Below, piece after piece: positions 19,658 through 29,280 of a stretch of 64,000 bases of DNA (positions within the stretch are counted from its first letter, which is position 1; each line of letters starts with the position of its first letter). Both the position numbers and the translations under genes were made by a program. This stretch comes from Candidatus Poribacteria bacterium (lineage in GTDB: Bacteria; Poribacteria; WGA-4E; PCPOR2b): NCBI GenBank assembly GCA_965198175.1, contig OZ240245.1, positions 512,001-576,000 on the forward strand, read 5' to 3'. The notes beneath the pieces were generated by a model that was given only the letters and a program-made list of their open reading frames with translations, did no database searches and was not told the origin of the DNA.

Positions 19658-21194
19658 GAACTATCGCACCTGTGGCGAATTTGGACGCTTGGATCACCTC
19701 CTCAGTGTTATGTACGTTTGATAGAGAAAATTTCAGAGTATTCAGTTTGTCGTAAATCTCCTATGCCTAACCCTTCCTCTCTCACAGCCCCATGAATAGC
19801 CCAAAATTGCCTCAGGTGCGATAGTTCCCTATGGATTTGTAATTTACCTATCGCTTGGAATTGAAATATGAGAGGAAATAAAAAAGGCGAGGGTTATTAG
19901 CCCCCGCCCTAATCGTTTATTCTGTAAACCCTTTTACATTGCAATGCGCTTAATCAATCCTCAACCATATCTTGATGTGTTCATCACCGACACGATCCCA
20001 ATGCTGCGGATAGTGTACATTTATAGTCCCTCCTTCTGCGTAGTCGAAACCGAAAACACAAGACTCGACCTTTTCTAAATTGCGCAGATTTTGCTTGGCT
20101 TGCTGATGCCAGTCTTGGATTTTGGATATATCTTCTCTCATGTGATGAATTGCGTTTCTATAGCTTCTCCAAATTGCCTTAGATGCTTCAGCAGATTCAT
20201 TGTTGAGGAGTTGTACCTTCCTAAGTTTTTCAATTGTTTCTGGGAGGTCTTCTTTGCACTCTCTAGCAATGTTATTTCTCTTTGCAGCAAACTTGATAAT
20301 TCCTTCGTTGATTGGGTGAGTCATCATGGTACAAGCTATAAACAAGCCAGCACGGTAGGTCTTTATGCACTCGTATGATGCTTTTGAGAAATGATGAGCA
20401 GCGATGATTTGGTTAGGTCTAATTTCGAAGTGTAACTTTATCCGCGATTTGAGAACGTCGCCAGATAGCGGTTGAAAATCGGAGTTGTACATGGCTTTCA
20501 TTGCCACTCGGAATTGCTGCTCACTGTTCATCCCTTTATAATACTCATCAAGCCCGTCATGTGACGCTAACACCTCCTGAACAATTTGCATTACCGTGAA
20601 ATCTTCTGGTCTTGGTTCAAAGTCTGAGTCTGAGGTTTGGGATTGTTCTTCAGTTTCACTCATTGACTTTATCTCCTGCGTATTAGGACGTCTCCAGATT
20701 TGCTATGATTATATCCCGAAATAACCGCAGAGACAACCCTTCACAAGATAGAATTAGAGAATTGCGCAAAATTTGATGTACAGCATGTCTGGTTTGGGTT
20801 CAAGTGACAATCTCACCGATAAACTTGTTGCCCGCCTTTTTATTTTTACTCCAAAGCATACATCAAGCAGCCCCGCACGGTCACCCCCGCTTCGCCCACA
20901 GTTAGCACAGGTGCCTTAGTTGTGCCTACTCTCATTTCTCCCTAATATTGCCGAGAATAGCCCAAATTTCAATCAGGTGCGATAGTTCGGTTTTGGACAA
21001 AAATCAGACATAAAAAAAACGGGGTGGTTAGCCCCGACTTATGAGTCATGATAAATTTATCAGAGAGTAATATGAGATTACTACGGAAACGGAATAGGTG
21101 GCTTGTCTGGCAATCTGCCCTGTCAATTTCACTGAAGGGAATTCAAGATATATCGGATAGAACAACTGAATGGGGTAGGTACGTGCGATAGTTC
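19658..21194. repeat. Dispersed CAGGTGCGATAGTTC element (3 full copies and 1 partial)
   Basis: 19658-19672 (inverted), 19813-19827, 20974-20988, partial 21183-21194. Confidence 0.85.
19950..20663 (-). CDS. Hypothetical protein (possible HEPN-like RxxxxH)
   Basis: 237-aa ORF with RBS AGGAG; YRNAIHH motif. Confidence 0.6.
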   Translation of the reverse strand: MSETEEQSQTSDSDFEPRPEDFTVMQIVQEVLASHDGLDEYYKGMNSEQQFRVAMKAMYNSDFQPLSGDVLKSRIKLHFEIRPNQIIAAHHFSKASYECIKTYRAGLFIACTMMTHPINEGIIKFAAKRNNIARECKEDLPETIEKLRKVQLLNNESAEASKAIWRSYRNAIHHMREDISKIQDWHQQAKQNLRNLEKVESCVFGFDYAEGGTINVHYPQHWDRVGDEHIKIWLRID

Positions 21195-21239
21195 TTGGAA
21201 TGGATCGAGTTCTTTCACCTTTAAATTGGTAGGGGATTG

Positions 21240-21701
21240 TCACTCTAACCTTGGTTCCAATGTCCATCCTTTTTCCGATGCAAGTTCGGCAAGAAGGTAT
21301 GTTAGTAATTCAAATGCTCGCCTTTTCTGGTTATTCGATACACAAACGCCAAGATTTGCAAAAATTATCGAGTGAGCAGGATTTTTTGGAGTGGGGTCAT
21401 AGATAATATCTAGGTCAATAACGAGCTCCTTATCGTGCACTTTGGTTGTCACTTCTTTTGATGCGCGAACATCGCGTGCTGTCAGACTAACAATCCCATC
21501 CGTTTCGCTTAACCGAGAGAGGGAGGGGTCATCTCTTAGTTTTGCCCTATCAACCGACGGCTTAAAATTTCTATCGGAGAAAGCTTTAGCACTTAAATTA
21601 AGATTTCCTTGTTTGTCGAGATAATACTCGTCATCTTCCAATCTGCCTCGTACGCTGCGATAAAGTTCCTCGTCATCCTTCACGTAGTAGTTGTTATCCA
21701 T
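21240..21701 (-). CDS. Hypothetical protein, possible ART/RES-like effector
   Basis: ELYRSV...PSVDR...NPAHS pattern; overlaps the upstream gene by 8 nt. Confidence 0.55.
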   Translation of the reverse strand: MDNNYYVKDDEELYRSVRGRLEDDEYYLDKQGNLNLSAKAFSDRNFKPSVDRAKLRDDPSLSRLSETDGIVSLTARDVRASKEVTTKVHDKELVIDLDIIYDPTPKNPAHSIIFANLGVCVSNNQKRRAFELLTYLLAELASEKGWTLEPRLE

Positions 21702-22485
21702 AAAGAAACCATTCCCAGATTGTGAGATAGTCTTTGCTGTGAAGTGTTTCTAGACTCAATTTGATCTCACCATTCTGTCGCCATACTTTAACATATACCG
21801 CTTCGTCATCTTCGATTTTGAGATGAAGCTTCCGTACTTCTCCGTACCATGCAAATGTGATGTATCCGTCTTGATCGCTAGATGTCAGCGGCGTGTCACA
21901 CGCATACCCTTCAGAAATGACAACATCAAAAAATTTATCCATAATGGCTCTTGCATTACTTAAAGCTAGCACGCTTGGTTTCTTGGATTCGCGCCCATCC
22001 CAGTTATCTTCTCGTTTAGCAATAACGGCAAATCGCTCTGACAATTCAGCCAAGATGTCATTCTTGAGGTTGTGTTCCGAGTCTTTTTCTGTAGTCAGAG
22101 AATTCGTTATCAAACAAGTTGGATAGAATGCCCTGATGAGTTTCGATTGTGTGCCGATATAACGTTGCACAAGATGCCAATATGTTGGAAAATCAGTAAA
22201 GCTGACTATATCTACATCTGCAACAGGGAGCTCTGTTACCAACCAATGTGCAGAGTATTTTTCGCTGTCTTCTTGTTGAACTATGAAATCTTTTTTAATA
22301 TATTTCCTAATGTTTTCATGGTAGGTTCTACGGTTGAGCATGTGCCACGTACCCTTATCCTGTTCAACCGATTCTGATATATTAGGTCTAACTACCCTAA
22401 TATATTCTTGGTATCGGGTAAACTTGCCTAATGAAAGAAATCCTGTGTCGAGCTGAGCCGTAGCGGAAATACTTTCGTCTAGCAT
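21694..22485 (-). CDS. Hypothetical protein
   Basis: 263-aa ORF coupled to both neighbours; EDNWDG..KP C-terminal domain. Confidence 0.65.
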   Translation of the reverse strand: MLDESISATAQLDTGFLSLGKFTRYQEYIRVVRPNISESVEQDKGTWHMLNRRTYHENIRKYIKKDFIVQQEDSEKYSAHWLVTELPVADVDIVSFTDFPTYWHLVQRYIGTQSKLIRAFYPTCLITNSLTTEKDSEHNLKNDILAELSERFAVIAKREDNWDGRESKKPSVLALSNARAIMDKFFDVVISEGYACDTPLTSSDQDGYITFAWYGEVRKLHLKIEDDEAVYVKVWRQNGEIKLSLETLHSKDYLTIWEWFLYG

Positions 22486-23270
22486 GACTCTCTCCCCCAG
22501 AACCGATCTTGGGTTTCATCGCTTATGAGATTTGAAAAAAGTCGAACAATTTCCCCATGGGCAATGTCAAACCACTCTCGCATCGGCTCATACGGTTCGT
22601 TACTTTGTGCGGTGAACTCCATACGAATAAGTTGTCGAGCGTCGGATCGTCGGTGAACAGTCTGAATGGTCAATTGTAATTGCCCAAAATCATTTGGCAG
22701 ACTAAACAACATTTGCCATTGAAATTCTCTTAGGTGCCCTAGCGGTGCATCTTGGACATTTTGCGAGACGAGATTGGGGAACATCTCTCCCAAATTATTG
22801 AGCGATTCCCAACCTTCATGCTGTAAAATGTGGTCGAAATATGTTATCTCGTATTGCTTCGGAATAAGATCTTCCAACTTCTCCTCAACGAGAAATTCTT
22901 TGAAACGTGACAGATAATTCTCAAAGTTTTCTACCACTCTTTCATAACCTGGATATTCATCATCGGGGCGTCTCTTGCGCCAGTTATGAATGAATCGATT
23001 GAACTGTACTTGGACAACTTCGTTCACATCTTTGTGCACGAACCAAACCCGCGAAGGTAGGACCTGATTTCTTCTCTTCAAGTCCTCCTCAGATACAGGT
23101 TCAAGGGGGCTGTGTTCTTCAATTTTGGGAAAATCAGGTCTGAATTTCTGCCATAGCATGCCGAATTGCCCTGTGTGTAACCCCTGGATTGGATTGAAAA
23201 TGATACCGCAAACAATCTCATGTATGGGAGGGTTCTGATATTTAATGGCTGATGGTGCTGTTGTTTCCAT
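22479..23270 (-). CDS. TIGR04255-family protein
   Basis: YQNPPIHEIVCGIIF, VQVQFNRFIHNWRK..YPGYE, ITYFDHI. Confidence 0.7.
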   Translation of the reverse strand: METTAPSAIKYQNPPIHEIVCGIIFNPIQGLHTGQFGMLWQKFRPDFPKIEEHSPLEPVSEEDLKRRNQVLPSRVWFVHKDVNEVVQVQFNRFIHNWRKRRPDDEYPGYERVVENFENYLSRFKEFLVEEKLEDLIPKQYEITYFDHILQHEGWESLNNLGEMFPNLVSQNVQDAPLGHLREFQWQMLFSLPNDFGQLQLTIQTVHRRSDARQLIRMEFTAQSNEPYEPMREWFDIAHGEIVRLFSNLISDETQDRFWGRESC

Positions 23271-23319
23271 TGTTTACTCGTACAAGAAGAATTATAACTA
23301 TATACTAAACAATCAGAAT

Positions 23320-23347
23320 ATTATATACAGTAAAGCATAAATGTCAA
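23320..23347 (-). promoter_or_regulatory. sigma70-type promoter TTGACA-N16-TATAAT
   Basis: Consensus hexamers 50 nt upstream of the 23270 start. Confidence 0.6.
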
Positions 23348-23623
23348 GCAAATTATGTCAAGTTTTTTTTCATCTGAATTCACACTTTGTGCCATAGTTT
23401 GTTGCATCACATATGCCATGATGCTCATTTTTTTTCAGATTACATGAAATCAACATCTCATGCAAACGCTCAGAGAGGTCGGTTTACAGCCCGCACAAAG
23501 CTCCCATATTTGTCACAGGAGCGTTAATTTTGGCTAAATACAGATGCCTTAAAAATTGCTGAGAATAGCCCTGTTTCCCCTGTACTGGAAGGTTTATCAA
23601 CATGGGATATATCACTAAGAGAT

Positions 23624-24063
23624 TTGGTGTTGGAAAACCACAAAAACGGGAACGGGGAACGGAAAAAGGCTAAAGTTATCGGAGTAATTGAGCGGGGTGG
23701 AAGGGTTGTTGCTACAGTAGTTTCTGATTTGTCAGGTTCACAGATATTTAAGTTCATCACTAAACCTGTAAAAGTTAAAGAATCTGAGCTAATGTCTGAT
23801 GAATGGAGAGGGTAACTGTCAACCAAATCTATAATGCCGCATAGTGTGATTAAACATCAAGAGCGAAAATATGTTGACAGGGATATTCATACAAACACGA
23901 TTTAGGGATTCTGTGGTCGTTACTAAAGAGAGGTAAAAACGGGCTACATCATCATTACAGCAAAAAATATGCGCCGCTTTATATTGCTAGGGCGTGTTAT
24001 AAATACAATCGCAGGAAAGATGGAGATCTGTTCTATAAGTTTATGAGAGGTTGTTTTGGGTGA
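23624..24063 (+). pseudogene. Degenerate IS1595-family transposase
   Basis: KAKVIGVIERGGRV, LMSDEWRG*, HTNTI*GF/WSLLKRG..LHHHYSKKY..YKYNRR with stops and frameshifts. Confidence 0.85.
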
Positions 24064-24188
24064 TAAAAAAGGGGATAATTTACAATGGTATAATTCCCGA
24101 CAAAAAATCCAGAGATATAATTCTCTGGCTTATGTTTCAGTAGTGGTGACATAAATTGGTAATTTGTTTTATGTAATGACTTCCCTTG

Positions 24189-24401
24189 TTATGTTAACTC
24201 TGTTCCATCATTTAGTACGAACTCATCAAATGTGGTAAGTGAGTCTGTATTCTCGTGTGCTTTTGACTTTTGTTCTTCTAGAGCTTTGAGAAGTAAAAAA
24301 GGTTCAGTAGACAAAAAACTGCCTGTAGCAAGGGTGTACGTACATTCGATTATTGGTTTCTGTACAATGCGTAGGGACTTAACTTCCACTATTTGTGACA
24401 T
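24189..24401 (-). CDS. Small hypothetical protein (70 aa)
   Basis: RBS GAGGAGG then ATG, immediately after the upstream stop. Confidence 0.5.
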   Translation of the reverse strand: MSQIVEVKSLRIVQKPIIECTYTLATGSFLSTEPFLLLKALEEQKSKAHENTDSLTTFDEFVLNDGTELT

Positions 24402-24402
24402 T

Positions 24403-25210
24403 TTATTCCTCCTCAATAATGCTGCGCCCAAGTGGTTTTTTATAAATCCACTGGAATCCATCAAATGGAGTGACAAGAGCAATATCAATATGCCCTCCAA
24501 CTGTAGGCATTGTCCGAGAAAATCGCTGGTGTTCAATCGTTGTATGAATTAAAAACTCAGCATAGTCAATTGCATCTTGTAAAGCAAAACTACTAAAATT
24601 GGCTTGACTAGCAGGATTTTGTTTATATAAATTCCAGATAGCATGAACAATTTCATTGTTACCTGAAAATCCACATCCTACATAACTCAGTTTCTCTACA
24701 TTCAACATTACGCCCGATATTAACTTCAAATATTTTTGGGTCGGTACCATCATAACCAACAACTTGAGCTCCTAGAGGGAAACTGTTTGGCGATAATGTT
24801 TCTAAAGGCACATTCTCTTGTTTTAACTGTTTTATAAGGAGCTTATAGATTTCATCCCCAATTACCTTAGAAACTTCTGTAACATTTGTGGGCTTATACA
24901 TGTCCCCATTTAACACCCGATGTTCAAGTGAACGAATCGCAAAGTAAATGGATTTTCCAGCTACCAAGCCCATACCAAATGTACCAATGCCAAAGTTCTT
25001 GCAGAAAGGAAATACCTTTTGAGCATATGAGAACGTTGTCATTGGGACAGGAGGCAATGGTACATTATGTTGGATTTCATGCTGATGCTGACATTTTGGA
25101 CATGTTACATCGCTCGTACCTTGAAACTCAGTTTGTCCTATCATTGTTGATAGGCTATCCCCAGCAATTACAATACCATCAGGTACTATAAGGGAAACAA
25201 TTAGTGTCAT
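24403..25210 (-). pseudogene. Proteasome-beta-like Ntn hydrolase split by a frameshift near 24690
   Basis: MTLIVSLIVPDGIVIAGDS, QKVF, VVGYD in ORF1; LQDAIDYAEFLI..TVGGHIDIALVT in the overlapping ORF2. Confidence 0.7.
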
Positions 25211-25349
25211 AATCTTAACGCCTTTTACTCGATTTCACCATCGCTGGTATCAAACCGCCCACCCGTTAGTAGTGTGAACAGTCTACTATATCATTATACA
25301 CAGTTAAAAAAGACATTTCAAGGAAATGATGTCTTTTTCTCATAAAACA

Positions 25350-26393
25350 TAGGAGTTACGCATTTGGTTGAAGCGTAAAAAGAGGCTGCACCAAATAATC
25401 ACGGACAGCCTTTCTGACAATTGAGAGTTTTGCTTCAAACCAACTGGTGCCGGTATGATAACAGTAATGCTCAATTCTCAGAAAGGCTCTCAGCGCTAAA
25501 CCGATATGATTGCTTTGAGTGCGAGTCGACCGCACTTGTGCCCGTTCGACGCCAACGAATTGCTTAATGCCACGATGATATTCTTCTATTGCCCAAGACC
25601 ATTCCGTATATTTGAGACGTGTTAACTCGTTCATGTGTAAGTCGTTCGTTGCCCAATATTCAATGTCACCTTCTGGAGTGTCCACCTTGAATACCAAAAT
25701 CAATCCATAACCCTTAAGATGAACAATCGTACCCGTTGATTCAATCGGCACTGTACTTACAGGACGATTACCGGAATAATCTTTACTGACCCGTCGGTTG
25801 GCAGCTAGACGAGTCAGCCATCTCCAACCATAATCTCGGACGGCTTTTAGATTCTCTAGGCTAGCATACCAACTATCAAAGCAAAGACATTCGGGAACAA
25901 AGCCACGGTTCTTCGCTTCCGTCAGCATTGCACGGAAATGGTCATTTTTCGTCAAGCCGTCCTTGGCTTTGTTATAGATTCGATAATCACATGGAATATG
26001 TCTATCGCCATTCGTCCAAAGCAAAGTGATTAGGTTAATGCCATGCACAACTCGATGGTGTTTCCCCGACCAGTGTTTTGTCACTAGGTCAATCTTTTGG
26101 GAATAAGGTTTATCTAGGGTCGAATCATCTATAACTAGAATTCCTGATTTCAATTTCACCTGACTTTTTGATTCGTGCCACAGTTTGCCGGTATCGGGTT
26201 CATCTCGATGCAAAAGTCTGGTTATCGAATCATGAGCCGGTGAGTCATCAGTTTGGGGTTGAACCTTTTCTGCCTCAAGACAACTGTAACTTTTCTGAGT
26301 GCCAACCAAGAAATTGATATAGTCAATGTCATTATATTTCGATGGATTCATGCTCAAATTATAACCTATTTGCTCTCAACTGCGTAACTCCTA
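25350..26393 (-). mobile_element. IS701-family insertion sequence
   Basis: 13-bp perfect IR TAGGAGTTACGCA at 25350-25362 and 26381-26393; flanking AAAACA direct repeat. Confidence 0.9.
25356..26357 (-). CDS. IS701-family DDE transposase
   Basis: LVIDDSTLDK, CFDSWYAS, WAIEEYHRGIKQ. Confidence 0.9.
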   Translation of the reverse strand: MSMNPSKYNDIDYINFLVGTQKSYSCLEAEKVQPQTDDSPAHDSITRLLHRDEPDTGKLWHESKSQVKLKSGILVIDDSTLDKPYSQKIDLVTKHWSGKHHRVVHGINLITLLWTNGDRHIPCDYRIYNKAKDGLTKNDHFRAMLTEAKNRGFVPECLCFDSWYASLENLKAVRDYGWRWLTRLAANRRVSKDYSGNRPVSTVPIESTGTIVHLKGYGLILVFKVDTPEGDIEYWATNDLHMNELTRLKYTEWSWAIEEYHRGIKQFVGVERAQVRSTRTQSNHIGLALRAFLRIEHYCYHTGTSWFEAKLSIVRKAVRDYLVQPLFTLQPNA

Positions 26394-26416
26394 AAAACAA
26401 TCAATTTATCTATATT

Positions 26417-27053
26417 CTAGTCCACACAAATCCACACAAAATTAACAGCATTCCAATCATCCGTGTAAAAGGAGATTGAAAGCATTCTCCCGTCCCATTT
26501 ATAAAGACCGACAAAATCTATAACTTCAAAATCGCTGTCTAAGTAAGACCCTATCACATCTCCGTCTGGTTCAACTGTGTAATAAGAGACATAAGTTTCA
26601 CCGTCAAGTGTTGTCGTCATTTTGTATCCGTCAATGACTAAATTTCCGCTTACTTCGGGTGGTGTTAGTTTAGTAACCCCCTCATCATTGCTCCAGAACT
26701 CAATCTCTACAAGCGTGTAGTTTCCCGATAGCTCACTATACAGTCTTTCTAAATCCTTATCAATTTCGGGTTCAACTATTGGCGTGTCATGTTCATGCTC
26801 AACAAATTTAGGCTGGTGTTCATGACTGATTAACTCATGAACATGTTCAATAAATTCGTGACTATGTTGATGCTCATGTGTTTCTAGTGGGTGTTTGTGT
26901 TCAGCTAATTCATGCTCATGTGTTTCTAGTGAGTGTTTGTGTTCAGCTAATTCATGCTCATGAGGCGCTTCGTCGTGTTCATGTTCGGTCAGCGGATGCT
27001 CATGGCTGCAACCCAAAAAAACAAACTAGAAAAATGACAGAAATAAACTTCAT
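26417..27053 (-). pseudogene. His-rich lipoprotein with signal peptide out of frame at a T7 run
   Basis: AAGGAG-ATG at 27053 MKFISVIFLVCF.. joins GCSHEH.. only if one T is removed. Confidence 0.6.
26870..26962. repeat. 42-bp tandem repeat (~2.2 copies) encoding HEHELAEHKH[S/P]LET
   Basis: Copies start at 26870, 26912 and 26954. Confidence 0.9.
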
Positions 27054-27635
27054 TTTGTTCTCCTTTTCAAGGGTTAAATTACGCTTTACAGCGGTCATTT
27101 ACAGGATCAGATGATCGCCTTTGTACTGCCCTTTTGTCAAGGAGGAAACGTAGTTTAATTTTGATTTAAGCCACAAACTACCAGATGCATTCTAAAAAGC
27201 CGTGCAAGTTCCTCTTACTAAAGTTAAGCCTCCTCCCTATTTTTGTTAGTAGAAAACGGGTGGATAGTTGAAACAGGGGAAAATCTTACCACCTTGAGTT
27301 GTGATAGTCAACAGACAATAAAAATGATTTTTTACATCGGGGTTCGCTTAGGTGCTGTCGATTTGTCTATCGAATAGTAAAACCTAATCAACAAAACAAG
27401 CGCACCTGGGCGAGTGTAGACGGCTTGGATCGCCTCCTATTTATATCTCACTGTTACATATGAATAGGCGGGGAAATCTCAAAAGTATTCGATCTTGATG
27501 AATATCAGCGATCCTGAAAATTATTTTTAGACCGCCTCTCAGTTTTTTTCTTTTAATCGTATCTAACACCTTAGAACTCAGTTATAGACAGGATCTTTCA
27601 CCTATAATCTATCCGTTAATTCTTAGAAATTCCTC

Positions 27636-27665
27636 TTGACAATGGAGCACGCCAATCAGTATAAT
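27636..27665 (+). promoter_or_regulatory. sigma70 promoter of tRNA-Gly
   Basis: TTGACA-N18-TATAAT. Confidence 0.8.
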
Positions 27666-27679
27666 TTATCAATTTCCGT

Positions 27680-27751
27680 GCGGGTGTAGCTCAGCGGTAG
27701 AGCGTCAGCTTCCCAAGCTGAGGGCCGCGGGTTCAATTCCCGTCACCCGCT
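27680..27751 (+). tRNA. tRNA-Gly(CCC), CCA not encoded
   Basis: GCGGGTG/CACCCGC acceptor stem, TCAGC-TTCCCAA-GCTGA anticodon arm, GGTTCAATTCC. Confidence 0.95.
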
Positions 27752-28132
27752 TCAACGATTTATAGAGGAAATAAAAAGCACCCGACTGATGGAATATCCC
27801 AGATTTGTGTTTTAACACCCAGAGGGATTTTTTATCGAGAGTGAGAAATTCCAACTTTTTTTATGAATTTCGTTGTAAACAATTTCATAGCGCGTTTAAG
27901 ACGCTCTTTGTGTCGGGTCAGTAGAATGAGTCTCTTTTCTGCCCCGAATCCGAAAATCGTGGATATTGTGTCCCTCGTTTTCGACATCGGTGCATCAGAC
28001 CTTGTCGGAGTGCCAAGGAATGACATGCCAATTTTGAAACCTGTGGAAGTCACACACCACAACAAACCGTGTTTTCTAGGCTGCGAGTTTTGATTCTCCA
28101 AAATTTCCGTAGCAAATACATTGAGGAAGCTA

Positions 28133-29254
28133 ATGGCTCAAGGTAACCGTCTAACAAAGGAAGAGATAGAACGAGATCAATTTGTTGAAACTGTCCTCAA
28201 ATCTTATAATTTTCTCAAGACACACTTAAAATCGATCATCATTGCTGCCGCGGTTCTGGTTGTCCTTGTGGCTGGAATTTCCATCTATTCGCAAGAACAA
28301 CAAGAGACACGTGCAGAAGCCTCTCTTGAGTTTGCGAAAGCTATTGAAAAATATCAAGAAGCAGAAGACAGTTGGTTAGATCTTGAGAAGCTCGAAACTA
28401 GCGGTGAGCAATTTCAGGCAGGAGGCGAGGCGTTTCAAGCTATTTTCCATAAATATTCTGGTACCTCGTTTGCTGATAAAGCGCGATACAACTATGCGAG
28501 AACCCTCTATTACCAAGAAGATTATGCGAGGGCAATAGAGCAATTTGAATCCATCAAGGAAAACCATCAATCGGATAATCAAATTCTTGCCTTGTATGCT
28601 CAGAAGGCGATGGGCAACTGTTATGAGCAGCAAAGTCAGTATGAAAAAGCGATTGAAATCTATAAAAATCTTCCAGATGTTCCTGTTACGATTCGCGAAC
28701 ACGCAATTGTGGATTTCCAGCTGAGCCAAGCACGTTGCTACGAGAAGCTCGATCGCCTTGATGATGCGGTAGCCATTTATAAAGATGTCATAGATCTCTT
28801 TCGTGAAAGTCTAGAGAAAGCCATCCAAGAGAAAAGTCGCGATTTCATTTTCGGACGGAACCTAACTCCCAGCGTGAAATCGCTGCTTGCGTCACTCCCA
28901 GAAGCCCCTAGCGTGGTGGGAACCGAAAAGCTAGAAAATGAAGGTGCTTATTACGAAGCCTTCGTTGCATACGCGGAAGCAGTTCATCGCTACAAAGTCA
29001 ATAAAGATATTCATCGCGGACTAACTAAGGCGTTACGCGAAGGTATTTATAACTTTGAGAAGAAAGCGGATGATTTTCTAAAAAACCTTCGAGATGCTCG
29101 TCGTTATGAATCAGAGGGGCAACAGAGCACGGCTTTGTACTATTACGATCAAGCTGTAAATCTTGATTTTGCGCCAAGTCGCAACCTCTACGAAACTGCT
29201 CGCTTCCATCACGATAGACTCCAACACACTGCAAAATCTGCTGACACAGACTAG
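28133..29254 (+). CDS. Membrane-anchored TPR protein (YfgM-like)
   Basis: N-terminal TM helix, TPR helices; RBS GAGG. Confidence 0.8.
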   Translation: MAQGNRLTKEEIERDQFVETVLKSYNFLKTHLKSIIIAAAVLVVLVAGISIYSQEQQETRAEASLEFAKAIEKYQEAEDSWLDLEKLETSGEQFQAGGEAFQAIFHKYSGTSFADKARYNYARTLYYQEDYARAIEQFESIKENHQSDNQILALYAQKAMGNCYEQQSQYEKAIEIYKNLPDVPVTIREHAIVDFQLSQARCYEKLDRLDDAVAIYKDVIDLFRESLEKAIQEKSRDFIFGRNLTPSVKSLLASLPEAPSVVGTEKLENEGAYYEAFVAYAEAVHRYKVNKDIHRGLTKALREGIYNFEKKADDFLKNLRDARRYESEGQQSTALYYYDQAVNLDFAPSRNLYETARFHHDRLQHTAKSADTD

Positions 29255-29280
29255 TATCTCCGAGTAATGTTGGAAAAGCT

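Larger units (their letters stand above)
18200..27600. mobile_element. AT-rich accessory island (boundaries approximate)
   Basis: Visible AT shift, primase-like gene, two IS elements, orphan genes, next to tRNA-Gly; no integrase or att repeat found. Confidence 0.55.

Noticed and set aside
20871..20895. att-site duplicate of the tRNA-Gly 3' end (GTCACCCCCGCTTC)
   Set aside because: Short, imperfect and internal to the island
27832..28101. Integrase fragment downstream of tRNA-Gly
   Set aside because: No tyrosine or serine recombinase motifs in either listed ORF
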